A stretch of DNA of 64,000 nucleotides, from positions 2,023 to 66,022 of the forward strand of contig VXMP01000003.1 of the NCBI GenBank assembly GCA_009841075.1, given 5' to 3'. Below the pieces are notes generated by a model that was not told the DNA's origin, searched no databases, and saw nothing but the letters and a program-made list of their open reading frames with translations. The number at the start of each line of letters is the position of its first letter. Position 1 is the stretch's first letter. Below, piece by piece: positions 36,203-45,824 of the stretch. Origin of the DNA: Acidimicrobiia bacterium (GTDB lineage Bacteria; Actinomycetota; Acidimicrobiia; Spongiisociales; Spongiisociaceae). The position numbers and the translations under genes were made by a program.

Positions 36203-39200
36203 TTGACCACCCGTCCGGATGAAACCGCTTCCGCTCAGTTATCCGAGCGAGCTATAGAGCATCGGCTTCATCCCGGCGACTGGGAGGACGCCATTGCCTG
36301 CACCGAAGGGCCGCAGCTGGTAATAGCCGGCCCCGGTGCGGGCAAGACCGAGTTCCTGGTAAGAAGGTTCGCCTACCTGGTCGACCATCAGGGCGTCCCG
36401 GGATCGGACATTCTGTCGCTCGCCTTCTCCCGCCGGGCGGCCACTGATTTCGGGAATCGGCTCCACACGTCCGTGGTGGGATCGGTGGGCGGGGTGGGCG
36501 CATCCACCTTTCATGCCTTCGCCTATCGTCTGCTGGAAAGATACGGACCGGAAGGGCCGGAGTGGACCGGGCTTCCTTCAATATTGACCGGTCCCGAACA
36601 GGTAGACCTGGTCTCGGAGCTACTGGCCTCCGACCCTCCTCACCGTTGGCCGGTACTCTACCGTCGACTCCTGAAAAGCCGTACTCTGGCCCATGAGGTT
36701 ACCGACTTCATTCTCCGAGCCCGAGAGTCGATGATCCAGCCCTCTCGCCTGGCGCGAACGGCCGAAGAATATCCGGATTGGAGGGCACTGCCCGCGTTTA
36801 TGGCCCGCTACGACCAGGAGCTGGAGCGTAGGGATAGGATCGACTACGGCACGCTGATGGCCCGCGCCATCGAAGTGTTAAGAATCCGCAAGTCGGTTGA
36901 GGACGGGCCTGCCTACCGATATGTGCTGGTGGATGAATACCAGGATTCGACCCGGGCCCAGGCGGCCCTGCTACGGGAGCTGGTCGAAGAGCCGGCCAAC
37001 CTAACCGTCGCGGCCGACCCCTACCAGTCCATTTACGGCTTCCGTGGTGCCGACCTCTCCAACCTGGCCCGCTTCCAGGAGTACTTTCGGCTTTCTGATC
37101 CGGTACGACGCTGGATTTTGTCCACTTCCTTCCGAACTCCGGCCGAGATACTCCGGGCGGCTGAACGACTCACCCTAGGTGCCGGCCTCCAAGGTGCGGC
37201 CGGACCGGTTGAGCCGGCCCCCCAACCCGGCCAGGTAGAAATCCGGGTTTTCGGCCAGCAATCCGAGGAAGCCGAATGGATCGCCACCCAAGCCGTGCGT
37301 CTCCATATTGAACAAGGCGTCCCCTACAGCCGCATGGCAGTGCTGGTCAGGACCAAACGTCGCCTGCTGAAAGAACTATCCCGGGCTCTGGAACAGAGAT
37401 CCATACCCCACGACCGACCGGACATCCGGTTAGCGGATCACCCCGCCACCAGGATCTTCCTGGATATAGCCCGGGCGGCAGCCCGGGCGGATCAGACCCC
37501 GCCCCACGGATCGGAACCGGCCGACCTGCCCATTAGGAGGCTGCTGCTGGGACCGCTGTTCAACCTGGGTGTGGGCGAACTTCGGGGTTTGGAGCGCCGC
37601 CGTAGGCAGCAGGATATAACCTGGCCCCAAACCCTACGCCTTTACTTGGACGAGGGAGAGGTTCTGGCCGACCTGTTAGAAGAACCCTCTTGGACCGAGC
37701 ACACCGCCATCGACGGTTTCTGGAAGGTGTGGACCCGGCTCCCTCAACTCCAGCCTCTGGTCGATGGGCCGAGCGGGCGCGAATTCCGGGCGGCCTGGTC
37801 CAGCCTGGCCCAAACCCTGGCCCGGGTAGCCGACCGGGATCCCGGCCTCACGCTGCTCGACTATCTTCGCCTGATCGAATCCGATGACTTCGAAGCCAGC
37901 CCCTTGCTCAGCTATCGGGACCCGACCGAGGATCGGATGGCCCTAACCACTCTTCACCAGGCAAAAGGGCTGGATTTTGACGTGGTTTTCATCGCCGATG
38001 TGGTGGAAGGGGTACTGCCCGACCTGGCCCGCCACCAGTCTTTACTCCGGATCGACCGGCTCGATGGGATGGATCCGTCGGATGCCGACCCCCCGTCGGA
38101 GAGCCCTACCTTTTCGACCAACCTGGCCCGCCGGAAGCGTCTGCAGGAAGAGACCCGGCTTCTATATACGGCGATAACCCGAGCCTGCCAAAGGGTGTTT
38201 CTAACCGCCACCACCGCCGGGCCTGACGAGACCCAACGTCGCCCTAGTCGATTTCTGGAAATACTAGGAGGGCCCGGAACCACCGAAGAAGACGCTAAGT
38301 CCGGCAAACCGGTTACCTTCCATGAGGCCGAAATTTGGCTGCGCAGACTCCTGGTTGACCCCGCCGAGTCCGACCACCGGCGGCTGGCAGCCGTTACGGT
38401 GCTGGCCAGCCCCTCCACCACAGGTATCCGCCATCCGAGCCGATACGCCCCCCTCCGCCGGGTCGGGGCGGATCAAGGTCTCTTAACCACGGGTAGGCGG
38501 CTTTCCCCGACCGACGCCATCGGATACAACCAATGCCCTCGACGTTTCGCTACCGAACGCCTACTATCCGCCCGAACCGGCGACAGTCCCTACCTGACTT
38601 TCGGTTCCCTGATCCATAATGTCTTGGAAAAGGCCGAGCAACAAACCATCTCCACCGGACAACGGCCCGACCTTGACCAGATTATGGCCCTGATGGAGAC
38701 CGAAATCGAGCAATGCGACTTCGGAACCACGGTCGAACAGGAGGCTTGGCGAAGACGCGCCGTGGAGCTTTTGACCAGTCTTTTCACCACCTGGCCTCAT
38801 CCCGACGCTCGGCCGGTACTACTGGAGCAACCGGTAACCATGAAACTCGGCGGGTTCGATTGGAGAGGCCGGATCGACCGGATCGAACAGAATCCGGACG
38901 GCACCCTTCGGCTGGTCGACTACAAAACCGGCAAAAACCCTACCTCCAAGGTGGAAGCAGGACAGTCCCTCCAGCTGGGTTTCTACTACCTGGCGGCCAA
39001 CGCCGACCCGACTGTTTCGCGGCTGGGAACGGCCACCGAAGCCGAGTTCTGGTTTCCCTTAAAAACCGCCCAAAGTTTGACGATACGGAAGTTCCAACCC
39101 GATCGAGAAGCCGCAATCAGAGCCGAGCTGAAGCAGATCGCCCAGGCAATCCGAGCAGAGGATTGGAGCCCCCGGCCCGGTCCGGACTGCGATCGATGTG

Positions 39201-39256
39201 AGGTCCGAATGGTATGCCCGGACTGGCCAGAAGGACAGGAGGCCTTCCGGCGATGA
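36203..39256 (+). CDS. adnA: UvrD-like helicase / RecB-like nuclease subunit, AdnA-like
   Basis: 1017 aa. Walker A AGPGAGKT, VDEYQDS, and C-terminal nuclease GRIDRIE...LVDYKTGK with YNQCPRRF + CDRCEVRMVC. It is followed by a coupled second helicase-nuclease gene. The start codon (TTG 36203) is uncertain. Confidence 0.8.
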   Translation: MTTRPDETASAQLSERAIEHRLHPGDWEDAIACTEGPQLVIAGPGAGKTEFLVRRFAYLVDHQGVPGSDILSLAFSRRAATDFGNRLHTSVVGSVGGVGASTFHAFAYRLLERYGPEGPEWTGLPSILTGPEQVDLVSELLASDPPHRWPVLYRRLLKSRTLAHEVTDFILRARESMIQPSRLARTAEEYPDWRALPAFMARYDQELERRDRIDYGTLMARAIEVLRIRKSVEDGPAYRYVLVDEYQDSTRAQAALLRELVEEPANLTVAADPYQSIYGFRGADLSNLARFQEYFRLSDPVRRWILSTSFRTPAEILRAAERLTLGAGLQGAAGPVEPAPQPGQVEIRVFGQQSEEAEWIATQAVRLHIEQGVPYSRMAVLVRTKRRLLKELSRALEQRSIPHDRPDIRLADHPATRIFLDIARAAARADQTPPHGSEPADLPIRRLLLGPLFNLGVGELRGLERRRRQQDITWPQTLRLYLDEGEVLADLLEEPSWTEHTAIDGFWKVWTRLPQLQPLVDGPSGREFRAAWSSLAQTLARVADRDPGLTLLDYLRLIESDDFEASPLLSYRDPTEDRMALTTLHQAKGLDFDVVFIADVVEGVLPDLARHQSLLRIDRLDGMDPSDADPPSESPTFSTNLARRKRLQEETRLLYTAITRACQRVFLTATTAGPDETQRRPSRFLEILGGPGTTEEDAKSGKPVTFHEAEIWLRRLLVDPAESDHRRLAAVTVLASPSTTGIRHPSRYAPLRRVGADQGLLTTGRRLSPTDAIGYNQCPRRFATERLLSARTGDSPYLTFGSLIHNVLEKAEQQTISTGQRPDLDQIMALMETEIEQCDFGTTVEQEAWRRRAVELLTSLFTTWPHPDARPVLLEQPVTMKLGGFDWRGRIDRIEQNPDGTLRLVDYKTGKNPTSKVEAGQSLQLGFYYLAANADPTVSRLGTATEAEFWFPLKTAQSLTIRKFQPDREAAIRAELKQIAQAIRAEDWSPRPGPDCDRCEVRMVCPDWPEGQEAFRR

Positions 39257-42200
39257 AACCGCCTCCTATACCCTCCCCCGAGCAAAAGGTCGTTATCGAC
39301 TACGGATTGCGTCCCTTACGGGTAACTGCCGGGGCCGGTACCGGCAAGACCTTTACCCTGGTGCGTCGCATGACCGCCCTTATCGAACGGGAGGGAATAC
39401 CGCCTGAGGAGGTGCTGGGGGTGACCTTCACCAATAAGGCCGCCGAGGAGTTGGCCACCCGGATCAGGACGGTCTCCCGCCCCACCAGTAGGCAACCTAA
39501 CGGCATCGACATGGAAGTGGACGTCTTCACCTACCACGGATTCTCGGCTCGGCTCCTGGATACCTACGGAGTGCTGGTGGGAATGGATCGAAATGCTCGA
39601 ATCATCACCCCGATAGCCACCCGCCAAATCCTCAATCAATGCGTCCTTTCCTCGTCCTTCCATTTGGTGGATATCACCCATACCCCGACAGTCGTGCGCA
39701 AGCTGATCGAGCTTTCCCGTGAGCTCTCGGACAACCTATGCCAACCCCGGGACCTGCTGGAAACCGAACCCGAAAACGAAGTCGAAGCCCGCCGAGCCGA
39801 GCTGGCCACCGCACTGGTGGCATTCGAACAGAAGAAACAACAGCTAGGGGTACGCGACTTCGACGACCTGACCCTCCTGGCGGTGAAATTGGTGAAAAAC
39901 CCCGATTTTCGGGGGGTGGTTGACCGAATCAGGTCGCAGTACCGGTGTGTTCTTCTGGACGAATATCAGGACACCAACCCACCCCAGCGGGAGCTGTTTA
40001 CCACCTTGTTCGGTGACGGGCGTCCGGTGACGGCGGTAGGCGACCCGGACCAGTGCATCTACGAATGGCGCGGTGCCAGCCCCTTCAACTTCGAATATTT
40101 CCCGGCTGGTTTCCGAGAGGCAGACCGTACCAAATCGCACACCCTTCGTTTGTCTATCAACCGCCGGTCGGGTCAAAAAATCCTGGATCTTGCCAACCGG
40201 ATCCGAGCAAAAATAACCGGCAACAACCCCGCCGATGACCTCCGTGCTTTGGATAACAATCCGTCCGGACTGATCCAGGCCTGCTGGTTCGATACCGCCC
40301 GGGACGAAGCCGAAGAAATCGCCCGAGAGCTCCGACGTCGGCGCGAAACCGGCCTGGACTGGTCCGAGATGGCCATCCTCTTTCGCCGGAACGCCGACAT
40401 CGAGTTGGTCCGCCTCGCCTTGGAGGAACATCGGGTTCCCTACCAGGTGGCCGACCTAGGGGGACTGCTGAGAGTCCCCGAGGTGGTGGAGATACACGCC
40501 TGGCTTCGCCTGCTGGACAACCCGGAGGACAACCCGGCCCTGTTGAGAATCCTGACGGGATGGCGCTTCCGGCTTGGTCTGGGAGACGTAGCTCCTCTGG
40601 CCCGCTGGGCGGATTCCCAAACCCGTCGATCAGAAGAAGGCCTGGTCTTCCTGCTGATGGAGGCGTTCGAGCATCTTGAATCATTGGAAGTGGAGCCCCC
40701 GATAAGAGACCGTCTGGAGGGTTTTCGTAACCTCTACCGGACCCTGCTCGTCGAAGCTCAGGGGGCCGGACCCTCCGAGCTGACCCGACTGGTTCTCGCC
40801 CGTACCGAGGCGTGGCGGGAAATCGAGACGATGCCCTATCCCCATAACCTTTCGGCTCGCCTCAACATGCATCGCTTCCTTGACTTCACCGAGTCCTGGC
40901 AACCGCTGGAGGGGTCCTCTTCCTTGCGAGGGTTTCTGGAGCACCTCAAGATGATGCGGGATGAACCGGTAGACGGTCTGGACACCGCCCGGATCGCAGA
41001 AGATGAGGCGGTAACCCTTTCGACAGTCCATCGCGCCAAAGGTTTGGAATGGGAGGCGGTTTTTATTCCCGCCCTTCACCAGGGTAATTTTCCGGCCCGA
41101 CTGCGGGCCTTCCGGGACCCGGCCGTCACCGACTCGGCGGTTCCTTCCCACCTTCGGATCGATCCGGAGTTCCGCGCCAACCTCGACCCGAAACTCCCTT
41201 CTGAAGAACGGCAGGACTGGATCCGTGCCCGCCACCGTGACCAGGAATGGCGCTTGGCCTATGTGGCGATCACCCGAGCGAAAACCCATCTTTACCTGAG
41301 TGGGGCATTCTGGCATAGGACTCCCGAACCGGTTAAGAAACCTGCCCAGCCCGGCCCTCTGCTGGAGGCGGCCCGTGATCTGAAAGACACCATCTCGCCT
41401 TACTGGGCGGACGAACCCGCCAAGAGGCCCGACACCATCCGGTTCTCCGCCCCGCAAACCGGCCCCGACCCGTTGTTCGGAACCACCTGGGAGGAAGCTC
41501 TCCACGAGGTTTTAGCCGATCCGCAATGGGCCGCCGAAAAAGCCGTCCGGCTAGGGATAAACGATCTATACGATCAGGAGGTGGACGAATTCCAACAGCT
41601 GCTCCTATCCCTGGATGACCGGCCCGAACCCCCAACCCGCCCGACAGAGGCCAGGCCTATCAGCGTTACCGGACTGGTCACCTATGCCGACTGCCCCAAA
41701 CGCTACTTCTGGGCGGAGGTGGACCGGCTCCCCCGCTACCCCGGACCGTCCGCCCGTCGTGGCACCGAGCTCCATCGCCGTATCGAACTACACAACCGGG
41801 GAAAGGTTCCGCTCGACGACCTTGAACCCGACCTCTACGACCGAGCCCCCGATGAAGACGCTACCGGCGATGACCGGGCCGCCGAAGACCCTCCTCCCGC
41901 CCAAGGTTGGGCGGCGTTTTCGGAGTCGTCCTACGCCGAACGGAAACCGATCCATGTAGAAGCCCCCTTCGAGCTATCCGTATCCGAGTCGGCCCGGATC
42001 AGAGGTAGGATCGACGCTATCTACCAGGACAAAGACGGCGGATGGGAGATAGTGGACTTCAAGTCGGGCCGGCGGTCGGAACGCCCTTCCCGCCTGGTCC
42101 AACTACAGGCCTACGCGCTGGCAGCCCACCGTGGGGGCTTGGGCGCACCCGCCCCGGATAATCTTCGGGCGTCCTTCGTCTACCTAGGGGGCGGACTGGA

Positions 42201-42375
42201 TGTGGTCGGCCAATCCGTAGACGAAGCCTGGCTGGAGCAAGCCGACCAATCGATCCGTGATTTGGTAGACGGGATCCGATCCGAAAGCTTCGAGCCTATC
42301 CCTTCAGACGCCTGTCGATCCTGCGATTTCCTATCCTTCTGCGAAGCCGGCCAATCCTACCTGGAAAACCCCTAA
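39253..42375 (+). CDS. adnB: UvrD-like helicase / RecB-like nuclease subunit, AdnB-like
   Basis: Walker A AGAGTGKT, LDEYQDTN, VHRAKGLEW, and C-terminal GRIDAIY...IVDFKSGR with YADCPKRYF + CRSCDFLSFC. The start is set at ATG 39253, which overlaps the adnA stop as ATGA. The track ORF starts at 39214. Confidence 0.85.
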   Translation: MKPPPIPSPEQKVVIDYGLRPLRVTAGAGTGKTFTLVRRMTALIEREGIPPEEVLGVTFTNKAAEELATRIRTVSRPTSRQPNGIDMEVDVFTYHGFSARLLDTYGVLVGMDRNARIITPIATRQILNQCVLSSSFHLVDITHTPTVVRKLIELSRELSDNLCQPRDLLETEPENEVEARRAELATALVAFEQKKQQLGVRDFDDLTLLAVKLVKNPDFRGVVDRIRSQYRCVLLDEYQDTNPPQRELFTTLFGDGRPVTAVGDPDQCIYEWRGASPFNFEYFPAGFREADRTKSHTLRLSINRRSGQKILDLANRIRAKITGNNPADDLRALDNNPSGLIQACWFDTARDEAEEIARELRRRRETGLDWSEMAILFRRNADIELVRLALEEHRVPYQVADLGGLLRVPEVVEIHAWLRLLDNPEDNPALLRILTGWRFRLGLGDVAPLARWADSQTRRSEEGLVFLLMEAFEHLESLEVEPPIRDRLEGFRNLYRTLLVEAQGAGPSELTRLVLARTEAWREIETMPYPHNLSARLNMHRFLDFTESWQPLEGSSSLRGFLEHLKMMRDEPVDGLDTARIAEDEAVTLSTVHRAKGLEWEAVFIPALHQGNFPARLRAFRDPAVTDSAVPSHLRIDPEFRANLDPKLPSEERQDWIRARHRDQEWRLAYVAITRAKTHLYLSGAFWHRTPEPVKKPAQPGPLLEAARDLKDTISPYWADEPAKRPDTIRFSAPQTGPDPLFGTTWEEALHEVLADPQWAAEKAVRLGINDLYDQEVDEFQQLLLSLDDRPEPPTRPTEARPISVTGLVTYADCPKRYFWAEVDRLPRYPGPSARRGTELHRRIELHNRGKVPLDDLEPDLYDRAPDEDATGDDRAAEDPPPAQGWAAFSESSYAERKPIHVEAPFELSVSESARIRGRIDAIYQDKDGGWEIVDFKSGRRSERPSRLVQLQAYALAAHRGGLGAPAPDNLRASFVYLGGGLDVVGQSVDEAWLEQADQSIRDLVDGIRSESFEPIPSDACRSCDFLSFCEAGQSYLENP

Positions 42376-42630
42376 TGCAACCGGCTCCGCCGCAAGGTTG
42401 CGGCTATCGAAGAGGGTTAAACCAAGATATTTCGACGTCGATCTTGGCACCCATGGGGTAGCTCTGGTGTTCATCGGGTCGGCGCGGCTGACGTCACGCT
42501 ATCTGGTTATGCTTTGGGGCGATGTATATGTTTCGGGCCGATATGGATAACGACCAGAGGACGGTTCTTGATACAATTCTGTTATTAAATGTTATGATTA
42601 GATTAATCAACCAGGATAAGGGGTGTCGGA

Positions 42631-43474
42631 TTGTTTGAGGTTTCCTCGATACCGGCAGTGAACGTGGCCACCGTGCCTCAGCGGTCCCCGTTGCGTTACC
42701 CGGGCGGTAAAACCTGGCTTATACCGCATATAAGGGCTTGGTTGGCACCGATGGAACCTCGACCGAAACTGTTGGTGGAACCTTTCTGCGGCGGGGCCAC
42801 GGTATCCCTAACCGGAGTTTTCGAACGCTTAATTGAACGCTGTCTTATGGTTGAACTCGACCGAGACGTGGCGGCATTTTTGGCATTGCGCTCTCCGGCA
42901 CGGACCGGAGTTAAGAGAATTGGTGGAGCGGTTCGAGCCGACCCGGGAAAACGTGAATGCTTTGGCCTCCGAAATCCCTCAAAATCTGATATCTCATGGT
43001 TTTCGTACCCTCGTACTTAACCGAACCCGTCGGGGCGGAATACTCGCCGCAGGAGCCGCTCTCTCGCGAGCCGGCGAAAATAACAAAGGAGTGGCTTCAC
43101 GTTGGTACGCCGAAACTCTTATAAAAAGGCTGCAGGACATAGAAGACAGGTGTGACCGGATCGCCTTTTGTGAGGGGGACGGGATGCCGGCGCTGCAGGC
43201 GGTAGCGGAGCTACCTGGCACGGTAGCTTTTGTGGACCCACCCTATACGGCAGGCGGTAAAAGGTTGTATAACCATCACGCCTTGGACCACCATACCCTA
43301 TTCAAAACCCTCGCCGAAGCCGGGATTGACTTTCTGATGACCTACGATCGGGCACCGGAAATCATTGACCTAATAGGCGAGTTCGGCTTCAGTGCGGTGC
43401 AGGTTGTTATGAAAAACACTCACCACGCCAAGATGTCGGAACTGGTCATTAGCCGCCGACCTCTGTTCGCCTGA
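42631..43474 (+). pseudogene. Dam-family (MethyltransfD12) DNA adenine methyltransferase, frameshifted at a T5 run
   Basis: ORF 42631-43020 has SPLRYPGGKTWL and EPFCGGATVSL (motif I). ORF 42833-43474 has VAFVDPPYTAGGKRLY (motif IV). The frames join if one T of TTTTT (42877-42881) is removed: ...ELDRDVAAF|WHCALRHGPELRELV. Confidence 0.8.
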
Positions 43475-43647
43475 TTCACATATGGCCGACCCGGCGGGGT
43501 TCGCACTCCCTGCCAAGCAAAGGTAAATAGACATACCCCCCTTTTGTCCGCTCCAGAAGGTATAGCCCACCGACCTTGCTCTCAGTATGGATTGGGGTAG
43601 GCAGTACCAGTCGGCCTCAGGCCTATCTTTTCTGCCGTGTCTGCTGT

Positions 43648-44253
43648 TTAGAGGGTGGAAAGTTGGGCAAACCGGCTTAGCAGATCCGGATAAATGTCCA
43701 ATGCGACTATCAGAACCAGAAGGAGGGCTGCTACCCGGGTGACGTTGATCGTCCTCCTGCTCTCCATAGCTCGCCTGATCCCAGGTACTAAATCGGACAA
43801 TACGGCCAGGGCGAAAACCGGCCACATCACCCCCAGCAGATACAGGGCCATGCCCAACAAACCCGACCAGGGATCACGGGAGGCTGCGGTCAGGACGGAT
43901 CCAAGTTCCGCGCCGACACAGGGAAGCCAGGTTGCGCCGGCGAAGGCCCCCACCAGAAACACCCCGGCCCATCCCCACCAATTTGGCCGGCCTGGTTTTT
44001 GGTCTCGGGTGGGCCAACCGGCCAGAAGCAGACCCGCCGCCAGTCCGATGGTTCCGAACAGCCGACTATCAAGCAACGGGGCAACCCCCCAAAAGGGAAC
44101 CCAGGCGAAGAGGGTGACCGAGACGTAGTAGACACCTCCGGTGGGAAGCCTGGTCTTCGGAGGGCGCAGCCCGAGCACCACCAAAGCCAGGATGAGCAGG
44201 GAGTAGGAGCAGGGTTGGAGCGAGGCGCGCAGAGCCTCACCGAGCAAGCTCAC
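43648..44253 (-). CDS. ccdA: Cytochrome c biogenesis / thiol-reductant transporter CcdA (DsbD-TM family)
   Basis: 201 aa, 6 TM segments. The two conserved Cys are in LQPCSYSLL and WLPCVGAEL. 4-nt overlap with the upstream thioredoxin-like gene. Confidence 0.8.
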   Translation of the reverse strand: MSLLGEALRASLQPCSYSLLILALVVLGLRPPKTRLPTGGVYYVSVTLFAWVPFWGVAPLLDSRLFGTIGLAAGLLLAGWPTRDQKPGRPNWWGWAGVFLVGAFAGATWLPCVGAELGSVLTAASRDPWSGLLGMALYLLGVMWPVFALAVLSDLVPGIRRAMESRRTINVTRVAALLLVLIVALDIYPDLLSRFAQLSTL

Positions 44254-44906
44254 CCGCTTTCGATCAGCAGATAACCGACGATTCGATCCAGTTCCTGGTA
44301 GGCACCCTCACCTATGTGGTCGAAGCGAACCCGGCCCTGTCGGTCGAGCACATAGGTCCGGGGCCAATAGGCCGGGCTCCCCTGCCATTCCCGAAAGGTG
44401 CGCCGTTTCGTATCCAAGACCACCGGCCAGGTGACACCCAGGTTCTCCATTGCCGCCTCGATAGCGTTTACCTCCCGTTCGTAGGCGAACTCGGGAGAAT
44501 GTATGCCCACGATCTCCAGGCCCTGGTCACGGTATTTGGCGTACAGATCCTGGGTGTAGGGGATACGGTTCTTGCAGTTGTAGCAGCCGAATGTCCAGAA
44601 CTCGACCACTACCACCTGGCCCTCCAGTTCCTCCAGCGAGGTCACGTCCGAAGCCAACCATCCGTCTACCTCCACCAGCGGAGGCGCTTTTTCACGCAGG
44701 ATCGGAGGAGGTGCCATGGTGGTAACCGGAGCAGCGGTGGTAGAGGTGGTGGTCAAGACTTCGTTAGCAACCACCTGGTCAGACATTGCGGGCAAGGCGG
44801 TTTCGGCAGGCGAAGAATCCGATCCGCCGCATCCGGCCACCAATCCCATCACCGTAAGTAATGTCATCACCCGGATCCGACCGGCTGCTGTTGCTGATCG
44901 GGGCAA
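44250..44906 (-). CDS. Thioredoxin-fold lipoprotein (TlpA/ResA/DipZ C-domain-like)
   Basis: 218 aa. Lipobox LVAGCGG, then VVVEFWTFGCYNCKNRIP (CxxC). Confidence 0.8.
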   Translation of the reverse strand: MPRSATAAGRIRVMTLLTVMGLVAGCGGSDSSPAETALPAMSDQVVANEVLTTTSTTAAPVTTMAPPPILREKAPPLVEVDGWLASDVTSLEELEGQVVVVEFWTFGCYNCKNRIPYTQDLYAKYRDQGLEIVGIHSPEFAYEREVNAIEAAMENLGVTWPVVLDTKRRTFREWQGSPAYWPRTYVLDRQGRVRFDHIGEGAYQELDRIVGYLLIESG

Positions 44907-44938
44907 GAAAACGGGCTCCTCCTCGCCGAACAGTAGGG

Positions 44939-45811
44939 TCAGAAATCGAACAACGAGGTGGCGGTACCTCCCCTAATTGCCGCCCGTTCCTCAGGGGTTA
45001 TATCCGGCAGATAATGGTCGACCAGCGCCAGCACCTCACCATGGCCCGGGTTGATCTTTATCCACGGCCAGTCGGAGGCATTAAGCATCCGATGCGCCCC
45101 GAAGGCCCGATAAATCCGGTCCACCACCTCCTGTAGATCCGGGTAGGGGTAAGGGGTTTGGGTGAAGGCGTACTGGCCGGAGAGGTGGACGTAAAGGTGG
45201 TCGGGATGGTCGGCCGCCAGCTGTTCGATCAGCTCCAAAGAGTCGGGCGGGAGCGGGATGTCGAACCGCGGGCGCTTGAAGTCGTCTATGGTCAGCTCCA
45301 TCCAGATGGAGGGGCAGAAACCCAGATGGTTGAGGACCACCTTAAGCCCGGGTAGGAGCCGCATCGCCTCGTCAAGTATTTCCACCTGATCGGGCGAACC
45401 GTAGAACCAGACCTTCATACCCTGTTCCCGCATGGCCTCCAGCACCGGGAACACGGTCATGGATTCGGCCGCCTGACCCGGCTCGGCACCGAATCCATAG
45501 AACCGAAGACCTTGGAGGCCCGCCTGTTCGGCCCGTCTCGCCACCTGACCGGCCCCGTCGGGAGCGGCATCGTCATACACCCCCACCCCGGCGAACCGGC
45601 CCGGAAACTCGGCCTGGATCGCAGCCAGATACTCGTCATGGGGAGAGAGGGGAACGATGATGGCATGGTCCACTCCGGCGGCGTCCATGGCCTCCAGGAA
45701 CTCCTCGGCCGACTCCTCCCGTTCCGCCGGAGCCATCACATCGAAGGTGAGCCGGGGGTATTGGTCGCTCTGGGCTTTAAACAGATGCAGGTGGGCATCT
45801 ACTACCGCCAT
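44939..45811 (-). CDS. Amidohydrolase-2 family metal-dependent hydrolase
   Basis: MAVVDAHLHLF at the N-terminus. The start is moved from the track's 45880 to ATG 45811, which removes the overlap with the upstream gene and the Arg-rich extension. Confidence 0.75.
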   Translation of the reverse strand: MAVVDAHLHLFKAQSDQYPRLTFDVMAPAEREESAEEFLEAMDAAGVDHAIIVPLSPHDEYLAAIQAEFPGRFAGVGVYDDAAPDGAGQVARRAEQAGLQGLRFYGFGAEPGQAAESMTVFPVLEAMREQGMKVWFYGSPDQVEILDEAMRLLPGLKVVLNHLGFCPSIWMELTIDDFKRPRFDIPLPPDSLELIEQLAADHPDHLYVHLSGQYAFTQTPYPYPDLQEVVDRIYRAFGAHRMLNASDWPWIKINPGHGEVLALVDHYLPDITPEERAAIRGGTATSLFDF

Positions 45812-45824
45812 GAAATTCCTCCTG

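Noticed and set aside
35991-36206. 71-aa ORF upstream of adnA
   Set aside because: No motif and no obvious RBS. It sits in the divergent promoter region. It cannot be excluded, but there is no positive support.
42877-42881. Phase variation (contingency locus) at the T5 run of the Dam-family gene
   Set aside because: Five nucleotides is shorter than the tracts (usually 8 or more) that give appreciable slippage rates. Mutational decay or a sequencing indel is more likely.
43370-43825. 151-aa minus-strand ORF bridging the Dam pseudogene 3' end and ccdA
   Set aside because: It overlaps two better-supported genes in other frames, and its composition is atypical (Ser/Gly/Arg-rich).
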